Positions 26,067 to 36,015 of a DNA stretch of 64,000 nucleotides are shown piece by piece. Each line of letters begins with the position of its first letter. The stretch's first letter is position 1. Made by a program: the position numbers and the translations under genes. This stretch comes from Candidatus Wildermuthbacteria bacterium RIFCSPHIGHO2_01_FULL_48_25 (GTDB taxonomy: Bacteria; Patescibacteriota; Minisyncoccia; Minisyncoccales; UBA10102): NCBI GenBank assembly GCA_001823155.1, contig MHTR01000001.1:43-64042 (forward strand), given 5' to 3'. The notes below the pieces were generated by a model that made no database searches, was not told where the DNA came from, and saw nothing but the letters and a program-made list of their open reading frames with translations.

Positions 26067-26570
26067 AAGAAAGAAAAAACATTTGTGGTGTCGTTAAAAG
26101 GGCTTGCTCCCTGGGTATCTGCCATTCGCTACGAAAAGGAGCGTGACGACGTGAAGCTGCACATCACGCTCGCCAAAGAAACGCGCCCTGCGGTCATTGT
26201 AGAAGAAAGCGCGCTTGGAGGAAAGCTGTCACAGCGCATGTTCAAGAACCTCGAATACCACCAGCTCTCTTCTCTGTACATCTCCCTGCTCTCGGAACAA
26301 GATTTTAAAGATTGCGGAGCCAACGGATCTAACCTCAAGAACTGCCTAGTTGACTTGAAAAACTCGGCTCCAGACCTCTCGCTTCTCCTGGTGGCTCAGA
26401 TACCCGGCAAAGAATCCAAAGGATTTCTCTGGACGCATCGCGAAAGCTTGAGGGTGAAAATCGCTCAAGGCTTTGAAAGCAAAACAAAAGGAAACTGGGT
26501 TGTTTTTCGCCCGGAGGAGAATGCGATGAATACGAAAAGCCGCGTCCTCTCTCTGGCTGGGGAATTATGA
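26028..26570 (+). CDS. hypothetical protein translationally coupled to the GspE-like ATPase
   Basis: 180 aa. ATGA overlap with the 26567 start. No motif recognised. The start may be 26055. Confidence 0.45.
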   Translation: MKKIGWSNFMESQKKEKTFVVSLKGLAPWVSAIRYEKERDDVKLHITLAKETRPAVIVEESALGGKLSQRMFKNLEYHQLSSLYISLLSEQDFKDCGANGSNLKNCLVDLKNSAPDLSLLLVAQIPGKESKGFLWTHRESLRVKIAQGFESKTKGNWVVFRPEENAMNTKSRVLSLAGEL

Positions 26571-27811
26571 CCATCACAAACCTTCAAGATCTGGGCGCGC
26601 TCGTGGAACAGAAAGCATCCGGTGACATCACCGGATTAGCTGACGCGATTCTATCGGGAGCAGTGATTCTTGACGCCTCGGACGTGCACATTGAACCTCA
26701 GGAAGAACAGAACCAAGTTCGGCTCCGTATTGACGGGCTCTTGCAAGACGCGTTCTTGCTGCAGAACGCGACAGCGCAAAACCTGCTTTCCCGCATCAAA
26801 CTCATGGCAGGCCTTAAGCTCAACGTGGAAGACCGCCCCCAGGACGGCAGGTTCTCCTTGGGAGAACAGGAAGGCCAACATGTTGAGGTTCGCGCCGCCA
26901 CCCTTCCTTCAGAGCACGGAGAATCTCTTGTGTTGCGTATTTTAAACCCAAAGCGGCTTTTGAAGCTGAAAGACCTTGGTTTGCGGGAAGACTTGCTTTC
27001 CTTGTTTAAGAAAGAACTGGCAAAACCCAATGGCATGATCGTGGTTACGGGCCCCACGGGTTCCGGGAAAACAACAACGCTCTACGCCTTTTTGCGCGAG
27101 GTGACAAAGCCCGAGGTAAAAGTGGTTACCATTGAAGACCCCATTGAGTACCATTTAAAAGGAATTTCCCAAACCCAGGTGGATGAAGCAAAGGGATACG
27201 ATTTTGCTTCAGGGCTGCGCGCCATTGTGCGCCAAGACCCGGATGTCATTCTGGTGGGAGAAATGCGCGACGAAGAAACCGTGGACATTGCTCTTCAGGC
27301 TTCACTCACCGGGCACCTGGTTTTTTCCACGCTTCACACAAACGACGCAGTGGGAACCGTGGCCCGGCTTCAGAGCTTGGGAGCAAAGGTTGAAACCGTT
27401 GCCTCGGGCCTCAATCTCATCATTGCCCAGCGGCTCGTGCGCGTTCTGTGCCAGGCGTGCAAAGAAACCTATGCGGCGAGCGAAAGCGAGCGAAAGGAAA
27501 TAGAAAAGGCGGTTGAGGGACTCAAGGGAAAGCTGAAACCGAAACTCGAAAAGAAGCTCATGCTTTCAAAAGCTCGAAGCTGCAAGCAATGCAACAGCAC
27601 CGGGTTCAAGGGCAGGGTTGGTATTTTTGAAGCAATGAATATGAACGGCAAAGCAGAGGAGTTTATCTTGAGCTCGCCCTCGGTTTCTGCCTTGCGCAAG
27701 TTCGCGGTGGAACAAGGAATGGTGGAAATGTACCAAGATGGAATATTGAAAGTATTGGAAGGAATAACCACCCTGCAGGAACTGCAGCGGGTTGCAACTA
27801 TGGAGGAATAA
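26567..27811 (+). CDS. type II/IV secretion system ATPase (GspE/PilB family, short N-terminus)
   Basis: Walker A GPTGSGKTTT, Asp box, Walker B VILVGEMRD, His box GHLVFSTLHTN, and tetra-Cys CQAC...CKQCNSTG. Confidence 0.9.
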   Translation: MTITNLQDLGALVEQKASGDITGLADAILSGAVILDASDVHIEPQEEQNQVRLRIDGLLQDAFLLQNATAQNLLSRIKLMAGLKLNVEDRPQDGRFSLGEQEGQHVEVRAATLPSEHGESLVLRILNPKRLLKLKDLGLREDLLSLFKKELAKPNGMIVVTGPTGSGKTTTLYAFLREVTKPEVKVVTIEDPIEYHLKGISQTQVDEAKGYDFASGLRAIVRQDPDVILVGEMRDEETVDIALQASLTGHLVFSTLHTNDAVGTVARLQSLGAKVETVASGLNLIIAQRLVRVLCQACKETYAASESERKEIEKAVEGLKGKLKPKLEKKLMLSKARSCKQCNSTGFKGRVGIFEAMNMNGKAEEFILSSPSVSALRKFAVEQGMVEMYQDGILKVLEGITTLQELQRVATMEE

Positions 27812-27975
27812 AAAACACAACTCCTTGGATTGGGGACCAAATTTGGTTAAGGCAACGCAAATTGAGGATTACGTCGGGGAATAGCTCAGCACTACCCGTG
27901 CTACCCGCCAGAACTGTAGTCCCAAAAGGTCCCCAGTCCAAAGAGTTGTGACAATTTACTGTACCATACAATAAA

Positions 27976-28983
27976 ATGGCTGTCAAGACCTCTTTTCTGA
28001 AAAAAGCGGAAGACGAAACCTTGCAGGAAACCCTCCGTCCCTCCTTGTGGAAGGATTTTATGGGGCAGGAAAAGCTGAAATCGGGCTTGTCTGTCATCAT
28101 CCAGGCCTCAAAGATGCGCAACGAGAGCTTGGAACATCTCCTGTTCTACGGGAACTCGGGGCTTGGGAAGACCTCACTTGCCCAGGTGGTGGCGAATGAA
28201 ATGGGAGTGAAGCTCCACAGAACCTCGGGCCCTGCCTTGAACATCGCCGGAGACGTTGCCTCAGTGCTCACGAACCTCCAGGATAAGGAGATTTTGTTCA
28301 TTGACGAGATCCACCGCGTGCCCCACCAGGTGGTGGAAACTTTGTATTCCGCGATGGAAGATTTCAAGCTACACCTGGTTTTGGGAAGAGGCCCTTTGGC
28401 ACGAACCATGGAGCTTCCGCTCCCCTCGTTCACCATTATTGGAGCAACCACCAAGGTGGGCACGCTGCCCAATCCTTTTCGCAACCGCTTTGGCGCCATT
28501 TTCCACCTGGATTTCTATGAAGAGCGGGATATTGAGCGTATTATCGAGAGGTCCGCGAATATCCTCAACATTACTATTGACGAAGAAGCGAGAGCAATCC
28601 TTGCAAAGCGTTCGCGCTTTACCCCACGCGTCGCGAACAGAATTTTAAAGCGCGTGCGCGATTTCGCGGCGGTAAAAAACCAGAATCCCATTACCAAAGA
28701 AACCGTTACAGACGCGCTCTTGTTCCTGGAAATAGACGAGCTGGGTTTGGACGCGGAAGACCGCAAAATCCTGGATGCATTGATTACAAAGTTCCAAGGA
28801 GGCCCGGTTGGCATGAACGCCTTGGCCTCCGCGGTGCAGGAAGAAGAAGACACCCTGCTTGACCTCTATGAACCCTTTCTCACCCAGATAGGATTTCTCA
28901 CGAGAACCCCTCGGGGAAGAATAGCAACCAAAAGGGCGTACCAACACCTTGGGCTTGAGAAGCAAGAAGGTAATCTGCTATAG
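27976..28983 (+). CDS. ruvB: Holliday junction DNA helicase RuvB
   Basis: LRPSLWKDFMGQ, GNSGLGKTSLA, ILFIDEIHR. Confidence 0.95.
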   Translation: MAVKTSFLKKAEDETLQETLRPSLWKDFMGQEKLKSGLSVIIQASKMRNESLEHLLFYGNSGLGKTSLAQVVANEMGVKLHRTSGPALNIAGDVASVLTNLQDKEILFIDEIHRVPHQVVETLYSAMEDFKLHLVLGRGPLARTMELPLPSFTIIGATTKVGTLPNPFRNRFGAIFHLDFYEERDIERIIERSANILNITIDEEARAILAKRSRFTPRVANRILKRVRDFAAVKNQNPITKETVTDALLFLEIDELGLDAEDRKILDALITKFQGGPVGMNALASAVQEEEDTLLDLYEPFLTQIGFLTRTPRGRIATKRAYQHLGLEKQEGNLL

Positions 28984-28993
28984 TTTCCTTACC

Positions 28994-29713
28994 ATGTCAG
29001 GACACTCTCACGCGAGAACCGTAAAACACAAGAAGGAGGCCTCTGCCGCGCAGCGAAGCAAGGCCTTTTCAAAGGTTTCCCGGGAAATAGCCATAGCTGT
29101 GAAAGAAGGGGGTTCAGACCCTGCAACGAACTCAAAGCTCCGAAGTGTTATTGAGAAAGCAAGGGCGTTTAACATGCCAACAGAAAATATTGAGCGCGCC
29201 GTTGCGAAGGCAGCGGGCGGAGGCGAGGCAGGAAACCTTCAAGAAGTGTTGCTGGAGGCGTATGGCCCAGGAAACATCGCGCTCCTTATTCAGGGCATCA
29301 CAGACAACAAGAACCGCATGCTGGGCGAAGTAAAACAGATCCTCTCCAACAACCAGGGCAAATTGGTTGAAGGAGGAGCGGTGCGCTGGATGTTCGACCA
29401 AAAAGGAGCTGTCACTATTGACCCCAAAGACGCGAATAAAGAAGAGCTGGAGCTCAAAGCCATTGAGGCGGGGGCTGAGGACTTGTATTGGAGAGAAGAC
29501 GGCTGGCTCGACGTGTTCACGCTTCCCCAGAACCTGGAACAAGTACGCTCAAAGCTCGAGGCAGACGGCATAAAAATAGAAGCAGCTTCTTTAGACTGGG
29601 TTCCCAAGGAACATGTGGACGCCCAGCTCGCAAAAGACGCCGCTGAAAAGCTGTTCGACGCTTTAGACGAGCAAGATGACGTTCAAGACATCTACTCGAA
29701 CATTAAAGCATAG
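28994..29713 (+). CDS. yebC: YebC/PmpR family DNA-binding regulator
   Basis: MSGHSHARTVKHKKEASAAQRSKAFSK... is a typical YebC N-terminus. The ORF opens at 28949. Confidence 0.9.
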   Translation: MSGHSHARTVKHKKEASAAQRSKAFSKVSREIAIAVKEGGSDPATNSKLRSVIEKARAFNMPTENIERAVAKAAGGGEAGNLQEVLLEAYGPGNIALLIQGITDNKNRMLGEVKQILSNNQGKLVEGGAVRWMFDQKGAVTIDPKDANKEELELKAIEAGAEDLYWREDGWLDVFTLPQNLEQVRSKLEADGIKIEAASLDWVPKEHVDAQLAKDAAEKLFDALDEQDDVQDIYSNIKA

Positions 29714-29715
29714 CC

Positions 29716-30183
29716 ATGACCATTCTTGGCATTGACCCGGGAACAGCCACGACTGGATTCGGCGTCATTGAAAAAAAGACCTCTGGGATCAAGTGCGTGA
29801 CGTACGGATGCGTCATAACTCCCAAAACACAAAAAGCGGGGCAGCGACTCCTGCTTTTGGAAAAAGGGATCCTGCAGATTCTTGCTTCACACAAGCCCGA
29901 CATTCTTGCCATTGAGCGCTTATTCTTTTTCAAGAACCTCAAAAGCGCGCTTCCGGTAAGTGAGGCACGGGGAGTCGTGCTTTTGTGCGCGGCGAAAAAG
30001 AAACTGCCTATTGTGGAGTTCGCTCCTTTGCAGGCGAAAATGGCTATAACGGGATATGGCAGGGCAGATAAAAAACAAATGCAGGCTATGGTGCAAAAGC
30101 TCTTGAACCTGCCTTCTATCCCAAAACCAGACGACGCGGCAGACGCCCTGGCTTTGGCCATCGCCTGCGCCGTTCGCGCCTAG
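29716..30183 (+). CDS. ruvC: crossover junction endodeoxyribonuclease RuvC
   Basis: ILGIDPGTATTGFGVIE... plus the C-terminal DAADALALAI. Confidence 0.9.
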   Translation: MTILGIDPGTATTGFGVIEKKTSGIKCVTYGCVITPKTQKAGQRLLLLEKGILQILASHKPDILAIERLFFFKNLKSALPVSEARGVVLLCAAKKKLPIVEFAPLQAKMAITGYGRADKKQMQAMVQKLLNLPSIPKPDDAADALALAIACAVRA

Positions 30184-31343
30184 CTGACGCGCACGAAACG
30201 GCGGGGGCCTACCTGTACCACCATCCCCTTTTGAACGGGGATTTTTTGGTTCCAGTTGTTTTGCACAACTCCTGCGATTTTCACGCCTCCCTGCTCAACC
30301 AGTCTTCTTGCCTCACCCTTGGAAGAAGCGAGCGCGAGCTGAACGAGCAGTTCGGTAAGCTCAATCTCTTTTTCCGAAATGTTCACTTCGAGAATGTCTG
30401 TTGGCAATTCTTTTTCCTTGAATACTTTTTCGAACTCCTCTTTCGCGGCTGCTGCAGCTTTTTCTCCGTGATACAAAGCCGTAATAGTCTGTGCGAGTTT
30501 CGCTTTGAGGTCGCGAGGCGGGAGCTGCTGCTGAAGCGCCTTCACCTCTTCTTTCGGAACGTCCGTGCATAGCTCAAAGTACTGGGGCATCAACTCGTCT
30601 CTTAGCGTCATTACCTTCCCGTACATTTCCCTTGCGTCGTCCAGGAGGTTAATCGTGTTCCCAAGCGACTTACTCATCTTTCGCCCGTCTGGGCCCAAGA
30701 GAAGAGGGGTGGTTAACACGTATTTTTCTTTGTTGTGGTATGCGCGCTGGAGCTCTCTCCCAATAAGCATGTTAAAGGTCTGATCTGTCCCGCCAATCTC
30801 AAGGTCTACATCCAAAGCTACAGAATCATACCCCTGCAAAAGCGGGTACCACATCTCGTTCACCCACACCGGCTGTCCTCTCTTTTTACGCTCTTGAAAC
30901 ATGTCTCGCTCCCACAATTGAGCTACCGTAATGTGAGAAGCAAGCCGCTGCACTTCCTGAATAGACATCTTTTCCGTCCACGTGTGGTTTTCCGCGATAC
31001 GGAGATGCTTCATATCCAAAATGAGTCCGGCCTGCTTGCGGTACGTTCGCATGTTCTCTTTCACTTCCTTTTCGGAAAGCGGCTGCCGAGCCTTGTCTCT
31101 CCCAGAAGGGTCCCCGATGCGGGCAGTAAATGTTCCAAAGAGCAGGATAACCTCGTGCCCCAAGTCCTGAAACTGCCGAAGCTTGCGAAGGACTACCGCA
31201 TGACCAAGATGCAGATTGGGTGAGGTGGGGTCAATACCGTGATACAAACGAATCTTTCGCTTGCTCATTAAAGAAAGTAATCCTTCTTTTGAGGGAAGCA
31301 CCTCTACTACCTGGCGCCCAAGAACGTCGTTTGATTCCAACAT
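30180..31343 (-). CDS. tyrS: tyrosine--tRNA ligase
   Basis: HIGH-type HLGHAV, KMSKS, and a C-terminal S4 domain. Confidence 0.9.
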   Translation of the reverse strand: MLESNDVLGRQVVEVLPSKEGLLSLMSKRKIRLYHGIDPTSPNLHLGHAVVLRKLRQFQDLGHEVILLFGTFTARIGDPSGRDKARQPLSEKEVKENMRTYRKQAGLILDMKHLRIAENHTWTEKMSIQEVQRLASHITVAQLWERDMFQERKKRGQPVWVNEMWYPLLQGYDSVALDVDLEIGGTDQTFNMLIGRELQRAYHNKEKYVLTTPLLLGPDGRKMSKSLGNTINLLDDAREMYGKVMTLRDELMPQYFELCTDVPKEEVKALQQQLPPRDLKAKLAQTITALYHGEKAAAAAKEEFEKVFKEKELPTDILEVNISEKEIELTELLVQLALASSKGEARRLVEQGGVKIAGVVQNNWNQKIPVQKGMVVQVGPRRFVRVS

Positions 31344-31431
31344 ATTTCCCTACTATACCACCCCTTTGAGGGTTGCGAAAGCAAAGAAAATGTGTTACCT
31401 TTCGAGGTGTGAAGCGTCACAGTATCTTGTA

Positions 31432-33354
31432 ATGCCGAGAACAAAACGTTCTAAAACATTTTTTGGCAGAAAATCGTTTCTCATGAAGCGCGACCTTGTG
31501 TGGGCGTTTCTTTTTTTGCTGTTCTTCCCGTTCTTTGCCTTGGGAGCAGCCTTTGTGTACTACGCAAAAGACCTGCCGCGGCCCGAGAATTTCAACGAGC
31601 TTGCGTTTGCCCAAGCCACGAGGATCTATGACAGAACAGGCGAGGTGCTGCTCTATGAGGTGTTCGCCCAGGAACGCAGAGACCCTATTTCTTTGGAAGA
31701 AGTCCCTCTGCACGCGCGAAACGCGATCATCGCGGTTGAAGACGCCAACTTCTACAGCCACGTTGGCGTTGACCCCAGGGGAATCGCCAGAGCCGTTTTA
31801 ACGAACTTCAAACTCCGCTCTCCTTCCCAGGGAGGAAGCACCATTTCTCAGCAGCTCATCCGCTCCTCGTTCCTTTCCCAGGAAAAAACCTTGGAACGCA
31901 AAGTCAGAGAGATCGTGCTGGCTCTTGAGCTTGAGCGCAAGTACTCCAAAGACGAGATCCTGGAGTTCTACCTCAACCAGGTTCCGTGGGGAAGCAATGT
32001 GTACGGAATTTCAGCGGCTTCCCGCCTGTACTTCCAAAAGCATCCCTCCCAGCTCTCCATTGCGGAAAGCGCGCTCTTGGCAGCCATGATCCGCGCGCCC
32101 TCCTACTATTCTCCGTATGGTTTGCACACGGAAGAACTTATGGCGAGGAAAGACTACGTTCTGCGGCGCATGGAGAGTCTTGGTTTTATTGACGAGGCCA
32201 CGGCAACGTTGGCAAAGCAGGAACAGCTCGTGTTCGCGAAAACGAGCGAGTCCTTGCAAGCCCCGCATTTTACCCTGTGGGTTTTGGACTACCTGCTGCA
32301 AAAATACGGGGAGGATTTCGTGCGCCAGAACGGGCTTCGCGTGTACACCACTTTGGACGCGCAGCTCCAGGAGGAAGCGGAAAAGGCCATGGGCCGTTTC
32401 GCAAAACAGAACCAGTCATTCGGCGCCCATAACGAGGCCCTGGTTGCGATTGACCCCAATACCGGAGACGTTTTGGCTATGATAGGAAGCAGGGACTGGT
32501 TCGCAGACCCGTTTCCCAAGGGCTGCCGCCCTGGAATTGACTGCCTGTTTGACCCAAAGGTGAATATCACGACCAGGATCCCGGGCCGCCAGCCAGGTTC
32601 CGCGTTCAAGCCCTTTGCCTATGTCACCGCGTTTGAAAAAGGCGCTACTGACACCGTGGTTGTGGTAGACGAACTCACGAACTTTGGGGTGTGGGGAGGA
32701 AAAGAATACATTCCCCAGAACTATGACGGCAAGTTCAGGGGGCCCGTAACCCTGCGGGAATCTCTTGCCCAATCTTTAAATATTCCTTCTATTAAAGTGC
32801 TTATGGATTTCGCGGGGCTCAAAGAGAGTATCCAAACCGCGCGGGATATGGGACTGACGACCATTAAGGACAATCCTTCTCTTTATGGACCTTCCCTGGT
32901 TTTGGGAGGCGGAGAGGTACGGCTCCTTGACCTGGTGTCTGCGTACGGCGTGTTCGCGGCAGAAGGGTTGAGAACGCAGCCCGTCAACATTTTGCGCATT
33001 GAAGACAAAGACGGAAAGGTGCTGGAACGAAAGAACACGAGTTCCATTCGCGTGCTTGATAACGAGCATGCGGCCATGATAACCAGCATTCTTTCAGACA
33101 ACGTTGCCCGCACCCCCATTTTCGGCCCGTTCTCTCCTTTGTACTTCCCGAACTACACGGTGGCCGCTAAAACCGGGACCACCCAGGATTTTCGCGACGG
33201 TTGGATCGTGGGGTATAACGACAAAATCGTGGCGGGCGTTTGGGTTGGGAACAACGACAATTCATCCATGAACAAAGAGCCGGGCTCCGTATTGGCCGGC
33301 CCCATTTGGCACGAGTTTCTGGCAAAAGCCCTTCCTTATATGGAAGGGCTATAG
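31432..33354 (+). CDS. class A penicillin-binding protein (glycosyltransferase plus transpeptidase)
   Basis: GT51 motifs EDANFYSHVGVD, GGSTISQQL and RKVRE. Transpeptidase motifs SAFKP and KTGT. The ORF opens upstream at a TTG at 31261. Confidence 0.9.
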   Translation: MPRTKRSKTFFGRKSFLMKRDLVWAFLFLLFFPFFALGAAFVYYAKDLPRPENFNELAFAQATRIYDRTGEVLLYEVFAQERRDPISLEEVPLHARNAIIAVEDANFYSHVGVDPRGIARAVLTNFKLRSPSQGGSTISQQLIRSSFLSQEKTLERKVREIVLALELERKYSKDEILEFYLNQVPWGSNVYGISAASRLYFQKHPSQLSIAESALLAAMIRAPSYYSPYGLHTEELMARKDYVLRRMESLGFIDEATATLAKQEQLVFAKTSESLQAPHFTLWVLDYLLQKYGEDFVRQNGLRVYTTLDAQLQEEAEKAMGRFAKQNQSFGAHNEALVAIDPNTGDVLAMIGSRDWFADPFPKGCRPGIDCLFDPKVNITTRIPGRQPGSAFKPFAYVTAFEKGATDTVVVVDELTNFGVWGGKEYIPQNYDGKFRGPVTLRESLAQSLNIPSIKVLMDFAGLKESIQTARDMGLTTIKDNPSLYGPSLVLGGGEVRLLDLVSAYGVFAAEGLRTQPVNILRIEDKDGKVLERKNTSSIRVLDNEHAAMITSILSDNVARTPIFGPFSPLYFPNYTVAAKTGTTQDFRDGWIVGYNDKIVAGVWVGNNDNSSMNKEPGSVLAGPIWHEFLAKALPYMEGL

Positions 33355-34476
33355 CTTGAGAGGCATTAACACGTAGAGGAACTCCTCAGAAGCTCCGGGC
33401 CTCACAAGGGCCGGCCCTTCTTCGTTTGCCAAACCAAAGTCAACGCGCTCGCTTTTCATTTGCGCCAGGCCTTCCAAAAAAAACCTCCAGTTAAAAGAAA
33501 CCTCGCGCTTTTCTCCTTCCACTTTTGCTTCTAAAGAAGAGACGTCCTCTCCCAGGTCTTGGCTCTGCGCCCTGACCTCAACCGCTTTTTTTTGAGGGTT
33601 TAATATGAAGTGGACGTCATTGGTCCTCCCCGAAAACACTGAAGCTGCTTTCAAGTGCGCTATTAAGTCGTTCTTGTTGAGTATGGCCTTGGTCTTGATG
33701 TTGGAGGGAATGACGTCTTGATACTTGGGGTATTCCCCCTCAATGAGCCGGGACACTAACTGTATCTGGGGTTCTTTCATTTCCCCCTGCTGGCTGTAGA
33801 AAAAAGAGGCTTGGGTGGGGGAGAAATAGATTTTCACTTTGCCTTGCCGCTCTCCGAGCGCGTTGACCAGCTCTCGCGCCGCTTTCGCGGGAAGAATAAA
33901 GCTGTGTTCCTTCGGGGCCGCTGTTCTGGTGGAAACCGTTTTTTCAGCAAGTCTAAAGCTGTCGGTGCTCACGAGCTTCAGGGTTTTTTGGGAGAATGAA
34001 AATAAAATTCCCGAGATCTCCGGGCGCGCCTGGGTCTGGCCCACAAACCCAATAACGCTCGCCACGCCCTCAACCAAAGCCCCGGCATCGATCTCAACCG
34101 TGGGCTCGTCTCCCTTGGGGGAAGGAATGATGGGAAAATCTTCAGGGTCTAGGGTTTTTAGGAGCGCCTTGAAATTTCCCGATTGAACCTCCAGTTGTTT
34201 TTCTTTTAAAGTCAGTACTGCTTGATTGCTCGTCAAAGAAGAAACGAATTGCGAAAGCGCCCTTGGAGGAACCACCACGGACCCGTCTTTGTCGTTCTTG
34301 GCCAGCGCCTTGTAATGCACCCCTATCTCCAAATCCGTTGCGCTTATCTGGAGTATGTTTTTTTCCGCCACCATTAAAATATTACTCAAAACCGGCAATG
34401 AGGGATTTTTCGCGCAAACGCGTTCAGCCATGGATATGCCTTCTTTCAGGAAATCTTTTAAAACAGTGGTTTTCAT
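33349..34476 (-). CDS. dnaN: DNA polymerase III beta sliding clamp
   Basis: 375 aa with the typical DnaN layout. Located downstream of dnaA. Confidence 0.9.
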   Translation of the reverse strand: MKTTVLKDFLKEGISMAERVCAKNPSLPVLSNILMVAEKNILQISATDLEIGVHYKALAKNDKDGSVVVPPRALSQFVSSLTSNQAVLTLKEKQLEVQSGNFKALLKTLDPEDFPIIPSPKGDEPTVEIDAGALVEGVASVIGFVGQTQARPEISGILFSFSQKTLKLVSTDSFRLAEKTVSTRTAAPKEHSFILPAKAARELVNALGERQGKVKIYFSPTQASFFYSQQGEMKEPQIQLVSRLIEGEYPKYQDVIPSNIKTKAILNKNDLIAHLKAASVFSGRTNDVHFILNPQKKAVEVRAQSQDLGEDVSSLEAKVEGEKREVSFNWRFFLEGLAQMKSERVDFGLANEEGPALVRPGASEEFLYVLMPLKL

Positions 34477-34659
34477 AAATTCAGTAGTAAGTAGTAAGTT
34501 TTAAAATAAAGAAAAGAGATTGCTGTTGTTGTTGGGGGTGTGGATGAAAGAAAATTTGAGGGAGGTTGTTCGGAAAAGAAAGGGGTGGTGAGTTGAGGGA
34601 GGGGTTGGGGATAATTACGGTGTTTTTGTTTTCGCAAAACCATACACAAGTTATCCACT
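34477..34659. other. candidate oriC module (dnaA-dnaN spacer)
   Basis: AT-rich tract with tandem GTAGTAA repeats at 34477-34518. DnaA-box-like 9-mers: TGTGGATGA (34539), TGGGGATAA (34606), TTATCCACT (34651). Confidence 0.45.
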
Positions 34660-36015
34660 GTAAATGCGCTGTCGAATCAACGTCATTTCCTCAACCAATC
34701 CTTCGGAATCTTGGAGCTCTTTTAGGATTTTCGCGCACGCGTAAATGGCTGTGGTGTGGTCTTTCCCGCCGAACTTTTCCCCAATAAAGGGGTAGGAGCT
34801 CTTTAGCTCTTCTCTAAGCAGGTACATGGCTATCTGGCGCGGTTTTACAATCTCCTTCTTTCTCGAGGGAGCCAAAATGTCTTTTTCTCGAATGTCATAA
34901 AACTCAGCCACTACCTGCACAATGCGCCGGGGCGTGGCGAACTTGCTCGGGCTCTGGATGACGCTGCGAAGCAGGTTCTTTGCTTCTGCCACCGTGGGCA
35001 AGGCGTTGTTGAGTTTATAAAAAGCAGCCAAGCGGTTAATGGCCCCTTCCAGTTCCCTGATGTTCCGCTGGATGTTTGAGGCGATGTAGTCGAGCACCGC
35101 GTCTTCCAGGGGAAGGGTTTTTTCCTGCGCCTTGGTTTTAATAATAGCCATTCTCGTCTCAAAGTCGGGGCTTGAGATGTCTGCTATCATTCCTCCTTCA
35201 AAGCGAGAGCGCAGGCGCTCCTCTAAGGCAGCGATGGCTTTTGGGGGTCTATCTGACGAGAACACGATCTGCTTGCCCCGTTCATATAACGTGTTGAAGG
35301 TGTGGAAGAGTTCTTCTTGTGTTTTGTCCTTTCCTGCCAGGAACTGCACATCGTCGAGCACCAACACGTCTAAGTCGCGGTAGGAGGCGCGGAAGTTGTC
35401 CATGGTGTGGTTGCGAATGGCAGACACCACGCCCGTGGTGAAGCGCTCGGAAGATACGTAGCGCACGCGTTTGTCGGCGAAGTCCTTTCCCATTTGGTTT
35501 CCCGCGGCCTGCAAAAGGTGGGTTTTCCCCAAACCCGTGCCGCCGTAAATGAACAAGGGGTTGTAGACAGAGCCCGGGCTCTTGGTCACCGCCTGGGTTG
35601 CCGCGTGCGCGAGCTCATTGAAAGGCCCCACCACGAAGTTGTCAAAGGTGTAGCGGGAGTTGAGGTTCGTGGTCTTGTCTACCGACAGGGGAGCCAGCTC
35701 CAGTTGGGCTTCCTGAGTGGCTGCTGCGGGAGAGGCCGCTTCCCTTTGGGTTTGGGCCTGGCGCTCCACCGTGTAGTTCACCTCCCGAACTTCGTTGTCC
35801 AGGTTCCTCAATATTTTAAAGATGAGCTTGTTGTACTTGTTCTCGAGCCACTCCTTTGAGAAGTTGTTGGGAACAGACACCACAACCTGCCCGCCCTTTT
35901 TGGCGAGAATGTACGTATTTTTAAGCCAGGTGGCGAAATTTGCCTGAGAAATCTGAAACTGCAGCTGCGCCAGGGTTGCTTGCCAGAGTTCTTCCTTAGT
36001 CATAGAGGTGAACAT
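34651..36015 (-). CDS. dnaA: chromosomal replication initiator DnaA
   Basis: Walker A GGTGLGKTHLL, VLVLDDVQFL, and the C-terminal DNA-binding domain (GGKDHTTAIYA). Confidence 0.95.
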   Translation of the reverse strand: MFTSMTKEELWQATLAQLQFQISQANFATWLKNTYILAKKGGQVVVSVPNNFSKEWLENKYNKLIFKILRNLDNEVREVNYTVERQAQTQREAASPAAATQEAQLELAPLSVDKTTNLNSRYTFDNFVVGPFNELAHAATQAVTKSPGSVYNPLFIYGGTGLGKTHLLQAAGNQMGKDFADKRVRYVSSERFTTGVVSAIRNHTMDNFRASYRDLDVLVLDDVQFLAGKDKTQEELFHTFNTLYERGKQIVFSSDRPPKAIAALEERLRSRFEGGMIADISSPDFETRMAIIKTKAQEKTLPLEDAVLDYIASNIQRNIRELEGAINRLAAFYKLNNALPTVAEAKNLLRSVIQSPSKFATPRRIVQVVAEFYDIREKDILAPSRKKEIVKPRQIAMYLLREELKSSYPFIGEKFGGKDHTTAIYACAKILKELQDSEGLVEEMTLIRQRIYSG

